From contig JAWLBL010000014.1 in NCBI GenBank assembly GCA_041687695.1, forward strand, positions 1-64,000: a stretch of 64,000 nt of DNA. Direction: 5' to 3'. The notes beneath the pieces are model-generated. The model did no database searches, was not told the origin of the DNA, and saw only the letters and a list, made by a program, of their open reading frames with translations. Below, in pieces: positions 1 to 8,804 of this stretch. Both the position numbers and the translations under genes were made by a program. Position 1 is the stretch's first letter. Each line of letters begins with the position of its first letter. The stretch comes from Myxococcota bacterium. GTDB taxonomy: Bacteria > Myxococcota_A > UBA9042 > PHBI01 > JAWLBL01.

Positions 1-67
1 CTACTTCAACGCCGTCCTCGCCAAGCCCTTCAAGTGGACCTACGCAGGGAAGCCGTTGTGCGCATAA
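1..67 (+). CDS. 3' end of an unidentified CDS (partial, ...YFNAVLAKPFKWTYAGKPLCA*)
   Basis: Open frame from position 2 with GC3-rich codons, ending in TAA at 65-67 and converging on hemE. Confidence 0.4.
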   Translation, partial: YFNAVLAKPFKWTYAGKPLCA

Positions 68-94
68 CCGGATCGCCATTCCCGCCGAGGTCAT

Positions 95-1153
95 CTAGGC
101 TCCGTGGCCGAAGTCGGGTCCGTGCCGCTCGACCGCGGCGACCACCGCGCGCGCGGCGGCGACGGTCACGTCGGGCGTGATGCCGTGGCCCAGGTTGAAG
201 ATGTGGCCGGACGTGGGGCCGTAGCTCTCGAGCACGGCGCGGACCTCGGCGTCGATGACCGCCTCGGGGGCGCGGAGCACGCCCGGGTCCAGGTTGCCCT
301 GCAGCGCGAAGCGGCCGCCCGTCGCCTGCAGGACCTCGCCCAAGGGCTGGCGCCAGTCGACGCTGAGGACCTGGCACGGCAGCTCGGCCAGGCCGGGCAG
401 CAGGTGGCTCGCGCCCTGGGCGTAGTGGATGATCGGGACGTCGAGGTCGGCCAGCGCGGTCATCACCGAGGCCGTGTACTTCTGGCTGAAGCGGCGCCAG
501 CGCGGCAGATCCAGCAGGCCGCCCCAGGTGTCGAAGAGCTGGACGGCGTCGCAGCCGGCCTCGACCTGCAGGCGCAGAAAGCGCGCCACGACCTGCGCCA
601 GCTTGTCGAGCAGCGCCTCGAGGGCGGCCGGCTCGGCGTACATCAGCTGCTTGAGCTCGTGGTGGTTGCGGCTGGTGCCGCCCTCGACCGCGTAGCTGGC
701 CAGCGTCCAGGGCGCCCCGGCGAACCCGAGCAGCGGCCGGTCGGGGCCGATGGCGCGCCGGATGCGGCGGACGGCCTCGAAGACGTAGCCGAGCTCGTCG
801 GCCGCCCCGTCGACCCGCAGGCGATCGATATCGGCCCGCGACCGCACGGGCGGCGTGACCTCGGGCCCGCGGTGCTCGATCTCGACCGACAGCCCCATCG
901 GCTCGAGCGGCACCAGGATGTCGCTGAACAGGATGGCCGCGTCGACGCCCAGCTGCTCGATCGGCATCAGCGTGACCTCGCAGGCCAGCTCGGGCGTCCG
1001 GCACAGCTCCATGAAGCTGACCTTCTTGCGGACGGCCTGGTACGACGGCATGTACCGCCCCGCCTGGCGCATGATCCACACGGGCGGCCGGTCGACCGGC
1101 TGGCGGTGGCAGGCGGCGAGGAAACGCGCTCTCGGGGTCATCGTCTCGGGCAT
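95..1153 (-). CDS. hemE: Uroporphyrinogen decarboxylase
   Basis: PVWIMRQAGRYMP, AAILFSDIL, GFAGAPWTLASY, QLFDTWGG, LQGNLDP, HIFNLGHGI motifs; ATG at 1153 with GGGAG upstream. Confidence 0.96.
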   Translation of the reverse strand: MPETMTPRARFLAACHRQPVDRPPVWIMRQAGRYMPSYQAVRKKVSFMELCRTPELACEVTLMPIEQLGVDAAILFSDILVPLEPMGLSVEIEHRGPEVTPPVRSRADIDRLRVDGAADELGYVFEAVRRIRRAIGPDRPLLGFAGAPWTLASYAVEGGTSRNHHELKQLMYAEPAALEALLDKLAQVVARFLRLQVEAGCDAVQLFDTWGGLLDLPRWRRFSQKYTASVMTALADLDVPIIHYAQGASHLLPGLAELPCQVLSVDWRQPLGEVLQATGGRFALQGNLDPGVLRAPEAVIDAEVRAVLESYGPTSGHIFNLGHGITPDVTVAAARAVVAAVERHGPDFGHGA

Positions 1154-1268
1154 CGGGCAGCTCCCTGAGGGGTCGGCTCGGGGCTTAACACCGACGCCCC
1201 ATCGCGTCCAGCGTCCGCGTCCGCCGGCGCCGTAGCCGCCGACGACGCACCCGGGTATGCTGGCGACG

Positions 1269-4067
1269 ATGAGCAGCCCCACCCAGACCGAACCCCGCAT
1301 GGCCGTTCCCCGACACCTCGCGTCGCTCGCCACGACGACGAGCGAGTTCGCCATCCACGGCGTGACGACCCCGTTCGTCGGACGCCGCGCCGAGCTCGAG
1401 GCCGTCTACGAGGCCGCCCGCGCCGTGATGGCCGAGGGGCGCCTGCGCCAGGTGGCCCTGGTCGGCCCCGAGGGGGTCGGAAAGACGCGCCTCGTCCACG
1501 AGCTGCGCAAAATCATCGAGCGCACCGGGCGCCCGGTGGTGTTCCACGAGGCCGCCGCCGCCGACGGCCCGACCTCCGCCGCCCTGCTGTGCGGCCAGAT
1601 CCTGCGCCGCCGCTTCGATCTGTCCCTGGGCGACGGCGACGAGGTCGTGCGCCGCAAGCTCGGCGCCGGCCTCGAAGGCCTCGTCCGCCCCGCGCGCCAT
1701 CCCGAGGCGGTCGCCCAGCTCGGCAGCCTCCTGGGCCTGCAGATCCCGCCCGTGCTGCTCTACCGCGGCATCCCCCATCCGGCGGCCTTCCGCCGTCGCG
1801 CCGTCAAGACCCTCGCCAAGGTGCTCGAGCGCGACGCCGAGCGCGCGATGCAGGTCCTGGTCTTCGATCAGGTCCACGAGCTCGAGCCCGAGCACGCCCA
1901 CTGGCTGACCGAGCTGCTCGAGGATCTGGCCCTCGCCCCGGTCCTGGTCGTCTTCGTCGCTCGCGAGGCCGTCGGCGCGCCGCCCGCCCTGCCCGCCCGG
2001 GTCGCGCCCCTGACCCAGGTCGAGGTCCGCCCCCTTCAGCCCGACGCCGTCCGCAGCCTGCTGTCGAGCCTGCTCGGCAGCGCCCCGGATCCGTCGGGCG
2101 CCGTCCGCCTCGACGCCCTCGACGGGCTGGTCGAGGCCGCCGCCGGCAACCCGCGCCGCCTCGACGAGCTGGTGCGCCTGCTGGTCAAGCGCGGCGCCAT
2201 CGAGGTCGGCGGCGGCCGCCTGACGCTGCACGAGGCCCGCCTGACGCCGCCTGAGCGCGTCCCGACCGATCCCGAGCTGGCCGCCACGGCGCGCCTCGCC
2301 GATCTCGAAAAGGGCGAGCGCGAGGTCCTGACCGCCGCCAGCGTCTTCGGCGATCACTTCTGGTTCGACGGCGTGCTCAGCCAGCTGTGGGCCGGCCCGC
2401 GGGGCGAGCGCCAGGGACAGCCCGACGAGGACCGCCTCGAGGGCAAGCTGCACCGCATCCTGCTCGAGCTCATCAAGGAGGACGTGGTCCGTTACGTGCC
2501 GTCATCGCAGGTGCAGGGCGTCGTCGAGCTGCTCTTCACCAGCATGCACGAGCGCCGCGCGCTGCACGACGCCGTGGCCGGCGACGAGCTGACCGCGCTG
2601 CGCCGCCGCGCCGGCCGCTGGATGCTCGAGGTGCACCCGATCGACCCGCGGACCTGGTTCCGCCGCGCCGCCGAGCTGCTCGACGCGGCCGGCTGTCCGC
2701 GCGAGGCCGCCGAGGCCTGGGTGCGCTCGGCCGAGGCCGCCGCGCGCCAGTACGAGCCCGGCGAGGCCCTGCGCGCCTTCGATCAGGCCGCGGCGCGCCT
2801 CGACGCGACCAACGCCCGCGAGATGCGGCGCATCCACGCCGGCCGCGCGCGCGTCTACGAGGACACGGGCGAGCTGGCGCGCGCCCTCGAGCACTGGAAC
2901 GCCGTCTTCCGCTGCGCCCGCGTGCTCAGCGACCGCCCGCTCGCGGCCGAGGCGATGGTGGCGCAGGGGCGCCTGCTGCGGCGGCTGGGTGACGCGACGC
3001 GCGCGGGCGAGGTCCTGGCCCGGGCCCGGGCCGCCTTCGACGATCTCGAGCTGCCCGCCGGGCGCGCCTCGACGCTCGAGGAGCTGGGGCGTCTGGTCGA
3101 GGAGACCGGCGGAGAGGGCGCCTTCGCCGAGTCGACGCAGCACCACGAGCGGGCGCGGACCCTGTGGCAGGAGACCGGCGACCTGCACGCGGTCGCGCGG
3201 GTGACGCTGCACCTGGGCCGCCTGGCCATGGGGCTGGGCCAGCTCCGGGACGCCCGCCGCCTCGCGGAGGACGCCCTGGGGCGCTTCAAGCAGGACGACG
3301 ACGGGCGCGGCACCATGGCGTGCCTCAACCTGCTCGGATCGATCGAGCACCTGGTCGGGCGGCACGCGGTCGCGCTGGATCTGTGGCGTCAAGCGGTGCG
3401 CATGACCGCGGCCACGGGGGCACGTGGGCGCTACGCGCTGCTTTCGGTGAACCTGGCCGACGCCTATGCGGCCGCGGGGAGCCCGCGCGAGGCCCTCGAG
3501 CGGGCGCGCGAGGCGCTCGAGGTCGCGCTCGAGGTGGGCCACCGCCTGGCCGAGGGCTACGCGCGCTGGCGGCTGGGTGCGCTGCTCCTCAGGGAGGACG
3601 TCGCCCAGGCCAGCCGGCACGCCGCCGACGCCGTGCGTCTGGGCCAGGACACGCGCAGCCTGCGCCTCGAGGCGCTGGGCGCGCGGCTGCTGGCGCAGTG
3701 CGACGCGCGCGCGCTCGAGCTGCGCATGAAGCAGGACCCCGGCCCCGGCCCCCGCGACGTGCAGGCCGTCGAGGCCGCCTTCGCCGCCGCGCAGCAGCTG
3801 GCCGAGCGCCTGGGCGACGTCATCACGCTGATGCGCACGCTGACCGCCTACGTGACCTTCCTCGAGGCGCACGGGGATCGCCGCTACGCCAAGCGCCTGC
3901 GCGACCGCGCGGACGGCCTGTGGCGGCGCGTCATGGACGGCGCGGGCGGCGTCGCCTCCGCCGAGCGCACCGACGAGACGCCGATGGTCCTGCCGCCGCT
4001 CGACGAGGTCCCGTCCGAGCGGGCGACCCGCCAGCTGGCCCTCGCGCCCGAGCCCATCTACGACTGA
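1269..4067 (+). CDS. P-loop ATPase (AAA_16/STAND-like) with C-terminal TPR-like repeats
   Basis: PFVGRRAEL, Walker A GPEGVGKT, AAGNP motif, LTAASVFG, then long helical TPR-like repeats; start could be 1257, 1269 or 1299. Confidence 0.8.
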   Translation: MSSPTQTEPRMAVPRHLASLATTTSEFAIHGVTTPFVGRRAELEAVYEAARAVMAEGRLRQVALVGPEGVGKTRLVHELRKIIERTGRPVVFHEAAAADGPTSAALLCGQILRRRFDLSLGDGDEVVRRKLGAGLEGLVRPARHPEAVAQLGSLLGLQIPPVLLYRGIPHPAAFRRRAVKTLAKVLERDAERAMQVLVFDQVHELEPEHAHWLTELLEDLALAPVLVVFVAREAVGAPPALPARVAPLTQVEVRPLQPDAVRSLLSSLLGSAPDPSGAVRLDALDGLVEAAAGNPRRLDELVRLLVKRGAIEVGGGRLTLHEARLTPPERVPTDPELAATARLADLEKGEREVLTAASVFGDHFWFDGVLSQLWAGPRGERQGQPDEDRLEGKLHRILLELIKEDVVRYVPSSQVQGVVELLFTSMHERRALHDAVAGDELTALRRRAGRWMLEVHPIDPRTWFRRAAELLDAAGCPREAAEAWVRSAEAAARQYEPGEALRAFDQAAARLDATNAREMRRIHAGRARVYEDTGELARALEHWNAVFRCARVLSDRPLAAEAMVAQGRLLRRLGDATRAGEVLARARAAFDDLELPAGRASTLEELGRLVEETGGEGAFAESTQHHERARTLWQETGDLHAVARVTLHLGRLAMGLGQLRDARRLAEDALGRFKQDDDGRGTMACLNLLGSIEHLVGRHAVALDLWRQAVRMTAATGARGRYALLSVNLADAYAAAGSPREALERAREALEVALEVGHRLAEGYARWRLGALLLREDVAQASRHAADAVRLGQDTRSLRLEALGARLLAQCDARALELRMKQDPGPGPRDVQAVEAAFAAAQQLAERLGDVITLMRTLTAYVTFLEAHGDRRYAKRLRDRADGLWRRVMDGAGGVASAERTDETPMVLPPLDEVPSERATRQLALAPEPIYD

Positions 4068-4940
4068 TCAGCCCTGCCGCTCGACCGGGCGCGTGTACAG
4101 CTCGGGGCGCCGATCGCGGAAGTTGCGCACGGCCCCGCTGCGGCGCGCCTCGTCGAGCGACGCGAGGTCGACGTCGGCGAAGATCATCGTCTCCTGGTTG
4201 GGGAAGGACTCGCTGGCGATGCCGTCGCGCGCGAAGGGGACGTCGCTGGGCGTGTAGATGCCCGCGCCGCCGTAGTTCGAGAACATGTACTGCACGCGCG
4301 GCAGGTTCCCCATGTTGCCCGCGGTCGCCACGTACAGCTGGTTCTCGACGGCGCGCGCCAGGGCCGAGTAGCGCACCCGCAGGTAGCCGCGCCGGTCGTC
4401 GGTCGCGAACGGCACGAACAGCAACATGGCCCCGGCGTCGGCCAACATCCGGCACAGCTCGGGGAACTCGACGTCGTAGCAGATGGTCAGCCCGACCACC
4501 GCCTTGGGTGTCTCGAAGACGCGCACCTCCTCACCGGGCGTCATCTTCCAGTAGTCCCGCTCGGTCGGCGTCAGGTGCAGCTTGTCCTGCATGAAGTGTC
4601 GGCCGCCGGGACCGTACAGCGACGCGACGTTGTACACGGCGCCCCCGCGCACCCGCGGCGTCGACCCGCCCACGATCCACATGCGGTGCTCGTCGGCCCG
4701 GCGCATGAAGTGCTCGTCGATGCGCGGCGCGAACTCGGCCAGACGCCGCACGGCCTCCTCGGGGTCGCGCACGGCCAGCATGCTCAGCAGCTGCATGCTG
4801 AAGTACTCGGGCAGCAACGCGAAATCGACGTGATAGTCCACCGCCATATCGAGGAAGAAATCGATCTGGTCGGTCAGCTCGCTGAAGTCCCGGATGGGCC
4901 GCAGCTCCCAAGGCAACGCCGCGATGCGGACCCTCGTCAT
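4068..4940 (-). CDS. Carbon-nitrogen hydrolase (nitrilase superfamily)
   Basis: Catalytic triad motifs LLPEYF (E), QDKLHLT (K), ICYDVEFPE (C); ARAVENQLYV. Confidence 0.92.
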   Translation of the reverse strand: MTRVRIAALPWELRPIRDFSELTDQIDFFLDMAVDYHVDFALLPEYFSMQLLSMLAVRDPEEAVRRLAEFAPRIDEHFMRRADEHRMWIVGGSTPRVRGGAVYNVASLYGPGGRHFMQDKLHLTPTERDYWKMTPGEEVRVFETPKAVVGLTICYDVEFPELCRMLADAGAMLLFVPFATDDRRGYLRVRYSALARAVENQLYVATAGNMGNLPRVQYMFSNYGGAGIYTPSDVPFARDGIASESFPNQETMIFADVDLASLDEARRSGAVRNFRDRRPELYTRPVERQG

Positions 4941-5264
4941 CTGTCCCCCTCGGTGGTGGCCGGACGCGCCCGCCCGAGCGGCGGCCGCGGGCCACTATAG
5001 TGACCACCGGCGCGCGCTGTCCAACCCCCTGGACGCCCCATGGAGCCGTAAGTGGGCCTGCCAAAAGCGTTTCGTGCCTCCCCGCCCTCGACCCGACCCG
5101 GTCTGGGTGTTAGTCTGTGGGGGCTGCCAAGACGCGGACTTCCGTCGCGCCGCCTCGCCGGGACGAGCCTGCCGAGCCCCGCGCGCGACCTCCGCCCCCG
5201 CGCCGCCCGCCGACCTTCCATGCTCGGCCTGGCGGACCCGCCGGCAGCCCAGGAAGCTTTCATC

Positions 5265-5957
5265 ATGGACGACCGAATCGACGTACGCCCGCTCGAGCGG
5301 AGCGACATCGACGAGGTGATCCGCATCCAGCACCTCGTCTATCCCCCGGAGCGCTTCGAATCCGTCTCCCGCTGGAGCCCCCGCTACCTCGCCATGCACC
5401 GCGAGGTCTTCCCCGAGGGGCAGCTCGTCGTGACCTACGACGGACAGGTCGCCGGTCACGCCGTCACGCAGCTCGTCGAGCTCGACCGCGCCTTCGCCGA
5501 GCACTCGTGGGCCGAGCTCACCGGGCGCGGCACGCTGCGGACCCACCGCCCGGACGGCGACGCCCTGTACGGCGTCGACGTCTGCGTCAGCCCCGAGCTG
5601 CGCGGCAAGGGCCTGGGCAAGGCCCTGTACCGCGCTCGCCTCGCCCTGGCCCGCTCCGTCGGGGCGGGGCGCATCGTGGCTGGCGCCCGAATCCCCGGCT
5701 ACTGCGAGCACGCCGACGAGATGTCGGCCGCCCGCTACCTCGACGCCATCCTGTCGGGCCGCCAGCAGGATCCGACCCTGTCGTTCCAGCTGGCCCAGGG
5801 GTTCTCGCCGGTGCGCCTGCTGCCCAGCTACTTCCCCGACCCCGAGTCCCACGACTGGGCCGTCCTCATCGCCCGCCCCGTCGAGCGCGCCGCCGACCTG
5901 GTGGCCGAGCGGCGCGGGCGCCTGATCACTGCCCCTGCTGACGCTCGGGCAGGATGA
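5265..5957 (+). CDS. GNAT N-acetyltransferase (YkwB/YhcX N-domain-like)
   Basis: FPEGQLV, LYGVDVCVSPELRGKGLGKALY acetyl-CoA motif, RIPGY, DPTLSFQL. Confidence 0.88.
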   Translation: MDDRIDVRPLERSDIDEVIRIQHLVYPPERFESVSRWSPRYLAMHREVFPEGQLVVTYDGQVAGHAVTQLVELDRAFAEHSWAELTGRGTLRTHRPDGDALYGVDVCVSPELRGKGLGKALYRARLALARSVGAGRIVAGARIPGYCEHADEMSAARYLDAILSGRQQDPTLSFQLAQGFSPVRLLPSYFPDPESHDWAVLIARPVERAADLVAERRGRLITAPADARAG

Positions 5958-6555
5958 AGTGAAAGGCGCCCTGGACGTCGGCCCACTTCTTCGAGGGGCC
6001 GTCCACATCCGCGAGGATGCGCCCCTCGAAGTGGCCGGCGACCACGTCGCCCGGCTCGGTCCCGAACGCCGTGACCACCAGCGTCCCCTCGCTGCCGGCG
6101 ATCCGCGACCGGTACTGCAGCGGGTTGAGGAACACCTCGACGCCAGGCGCCGCGACCCCGAACGGGTACGTGCCGACGCCGTCGGTCTGGACCGGGTGCG
6201 CGTCCGATCCCACGACGATGCCGAAGTTGACCCCGATGGCCATCGTGGCGGGCTCGTTGATGTTGTGGGTCATCCCGAACGACACCGCCGGCGCGATGTG
6301 CGTCGAGCCGAAGGCGAAGGCCGTGGGGTCGTCGGTGATGTCCCACTCGACCGTGTGCGACTGCCCCAGCTCGGTCGTGATGACCAGCCGGTAGGCCGAC
6401 CGCCCCTCGGCGAACTCGGTCGACGGGCCGGTGTCGCCGGTCGCGTCGCCGGCCGCGTCCTGCTCGGCCGTGTCGGCGCGGCCCTCTGCGTCGCCGTCAC
6501 AGGCCGCGCCCCCGAGGCCCAGCGCCAGGGCCAGCGCCACGGCCGCCCGCCTCAT
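5926..6555 (-). CDS. Hypothetical lipoprotein
   Basis: MRRAAVALALALGLGGAAC signal/lipobox; ATGA overlap with the upstream BKACE stop. Confidence 0.75.
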   Translation of the reverse strand: MRRAAVALALALGLGGAACDGDAEGRADTAEQDAAGDATGDTGPSTEFAEGRSAYRLVITTELGQSHTVEWDITDDPTAFAFGSTHIAPAVSFGMTHNINEPATMAIGVNFGIVVGSDAHPVQTDGVGTYPFGVAAPGVEVFLNPLQYRSRIAGSEGTLVVTAFGTEPGDVVAGHFEGRILADVDGPSKKWADVQGAFHFILPERQQGQ

Positions 6556-7418
6556 GACAGCAGCTCCCGCGCCTCGGCCGGCGTCGCGATCTCGCGCCCC
6601 GCCTCGCGCGCCGTCGCGACCAGCGCCTCGATGAGCGGCCCGTTCGACGTCGCCCGCTCGCCGTTGGGCAGGTAGAAGGTGTCCTCGAGCCCCGTGCGAA
6701 GGTGGCCGCCCAGCTCGGCGGTCGCGCGGTGCACGGCCCACACGTCCTCGCGCCCGATGACGATGGCCTGCCAGTGCGCGCCCTCGGGCATCTCGTCGAC
6801 CAGCAGCGGCAGCCAGCTCGCCTTGGCGGGCATGCCGGAGGCCACGCCCATCACCAACGACACGTGCACGGGCGGGCGCAACATGCCGTTGTGGAGCATC
6901 AACCCGACGCTGCGCACGATGCCTGTGTCGAAGCACTCGCACTCGGGGGTGACGCCTAGGCGGTCCATCGCCTCGATGAACTGCGCGATCTTCGGGATCG
7001 GGTTGTCGAACAGCATCGGCGGCCAGGCCCACTGCCCGTTCGAGCGTGTCTTCAGATAGTTGAGCGATCCGGCGTTCAGCGCGGCCAGCTCGGGGCGCAC
7101 GCGCTCGAGGCAGGCGATGGGCCCCGAGACGTCGGGCCCCACGACGCCCGTCGACATGTTGATGAGCATGTCGGGGACCTCGGCGCGGATCGCGTCGCAG
7201 ATGGCGCCGGCCACCTCGGGATCCCAGGTCGGCATGCGCCCCATCCCCGGCTCCTGCCGCCGGAAGTGCACGTGCACGACGCTCGCGCCCGCGTCGTAGG
7301 CCCGACGCGCCTCGGCGGCCAGCTCCTCGGGCGTGACCGGCACCGGGTGCTGCTTGGGGTCGGTCAGCACGCCGGTGATGGCGCAGGTCACGACGGCCTT
7401 GTTGGGGTCCAGGCTCAT
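6552..7418 (-). CDS. 3-keto-5-aminohexanoate cleavage enzyme family (BKACE/DUF849)
   Basis: VVTCAITG, PVTPEE, AGASVVHVHFR, PECECFD, RTGLEDTFYL, ATPAEARELL. Confidence 0.92.
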   Translation of the reverse strand: MSLDPNKAVVTCAITGVLTDPKQHPVPVTPEELAAEARRAYDAGASVVHVHFRRQEPGMGRMPTWDPEVAGAICDAIRAEVPDMLINMSTGVVGPDVSGPIACLERVRPELAALNAGSLNYLKTRSNGQWAWPPMLFDNPIPKIAQFIEAMDRLGVTPECECFDTGIVRSVGLMLHNGMLRPPVHVSLVMGVASGMPAKASWLPLLVDEMPEGAHWQAIVIGREDVWAVHRATAELGGHLRTGLEDTFYLPNGERATSNGPLIEALVATAREAGREIATPAEARELLS

Positions 7419-7570
7419 GCGGCTACCTCGTTCGCGGGGGGTCGGCGACGCGCCGCAGCATAGGGTCCGCGCTGGCACCCGCGCAACCGACCAGCCGCGG
7501 CCACGCGCCAGTCCCGCCTCGTCCGCGCTCGTGATTTGACCGTCCGCCGCGGGCCCGTGAGACTTCGTCC

Positions 7571-8728
7571 ATGAGCACCTCCGACGCCTTCTTCGACAAC
7601 CTCCTCGACGACTCCCACCGCCTGCTGCGCGACACCTGCCGGCGCTTCGCCGAGCGCGAGATCGCGCCCCACGCCACCGCCTGGGAGGAGGCCGGCGAGT
7701 TCCCGCGCGAGCTGTACCGCAAGGCCGCCGCGGCCGGCGTCCTGGGCGTAGGGTTCCCCGAGGAGGTCGGCGGCGCCGGAGGCGGGCCGCTGCACATCGT
7801 CGCCTCCATCGAGGGGCTCATGCGCGGCGAGTCCACCGGCGTCACGGTCGGCCTCGGCTCGCTCGGCATCGCCCTGCCCCCCCTCGTCCAGTCCAAGGAT
7901 CCATCCCTCATCGACCGCTTCGTGCGCCCCGCCCTCGCTGGCGAGGCCATCGCCGCCCTGGCCATCACCGAGCCGGGCACGGGCAGCGACGTGGCCGGCG
8001 TCCGCACGCGCGCCGTCCGCGACGGCGACGCCTACGTCGTGACGGGCGCCAAGCTCTTCATCACCTCCGGCGTGCGCGCCGACTTCCTGACCACTCTGGT
8101 CCGCACCGGTGACGACCCGCACGGCGGCCTCAGCTTCCTGGTCATCGAGAAGGACCGCCCCGGGGTCAGCGTCTCGCGGGCGCTCAAGAAGACCGGCTGG
8201 CTGGCCTCGGACACGGCCGAGCTGGCCTTCGACGCCGTGCGCGTCCCCGCCTCCAACCGCGTCGGCCCCGAGGGCGCCGGCTTCATCACCCTGATGCGCA
8301 ACTTCCAGACGGAGCGGCTGGCCCTCGCCGCCTACGGCGCCGCCACGGCCGCGCTGGCCCTCGAGGCCACCGAGCGCTACGTCCGCGAGCGCAAGGCCTT
8401 CGGCCGTCCCCTGGCGGGCTTCCAGGTCACGCGCCACAAGCTGGCCGACATGGCGACCCGCGTGCTCGCCGCCCGCACGCTGGTCTATCAGGTGGCCGCG
8501 CGCATGGAGCGCGGCGACGCGGTCGTCAAGGAGGTCTCGATGGCCAAGAACCTGGCCGCCGAGACCGCCGTGTCCGTCACCTACGACGCCGTGCAGCTGC
8601 ATGGCGGCATGGGCTACATGCGCGAGACCGTGGTCGAGCGCCTCTCGCGCGACGCCCGGCTGCTCCCCATCGGCGGCGGCACGCAGGAGATCATGCGCGA
8701 GATCATCGCGAAATCGATGGGCTTCTGA
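7571..8728 (+). CDS. Acyl-CoA dehydrogenase
   Basis: ALAITEPGTGSDVA, GAKLFITSG, ERKAFGRPL, QLHGGMGYM, IGGGTQEIM. Confidence 0.95.
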   Translation: MSTSDAFFDNLLDDSHRLLRDTCRRFAEREIAPHATAWEEAGEFPRELYRKAAAAGVLGVGFPEEVGGAGGGPLHIVASIEGLMRGESTGVTVGLGSLGIALPPLVQSKDPSLIDRFVRPALAGEAIAALAITEPGTGSDVAGVRTRAVRDGDAYVVTGAKLFITSGVRADFLTTLVRTGDDPHGGLSFLVIEKDRPGVSVSRALKKTGWLASDTAELAFDAVRVPASNRVGPEGAGFITLMRNFQTERLALAAYGAATAALALEATERYVRERKAFGRPLAGFQVTRHKLADMATRVLAARTLVYQVAARMERGDAVVKEVSMAKNLAAETAVSVTYDAVQLHGGMGYMRETVVERLSRDARLLPIGGGTQEIMREIIAKSMGF

Positions 8729-8804
8729 CGCGTCGGGGCCTGCGATTGCCGCTGCGCGCGGCGACGGGTTAGGGTCGATGACCCCACCCGCCATGGAGCC
8801 CGCC

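Noticed and set aside
5926..5957. 32-bp convergent overlap of the GNAT and lipoprotein genes, and abutting stops at 4067/4068
   Set aside because: Short convergent overlaps are common in GC-rich genomes
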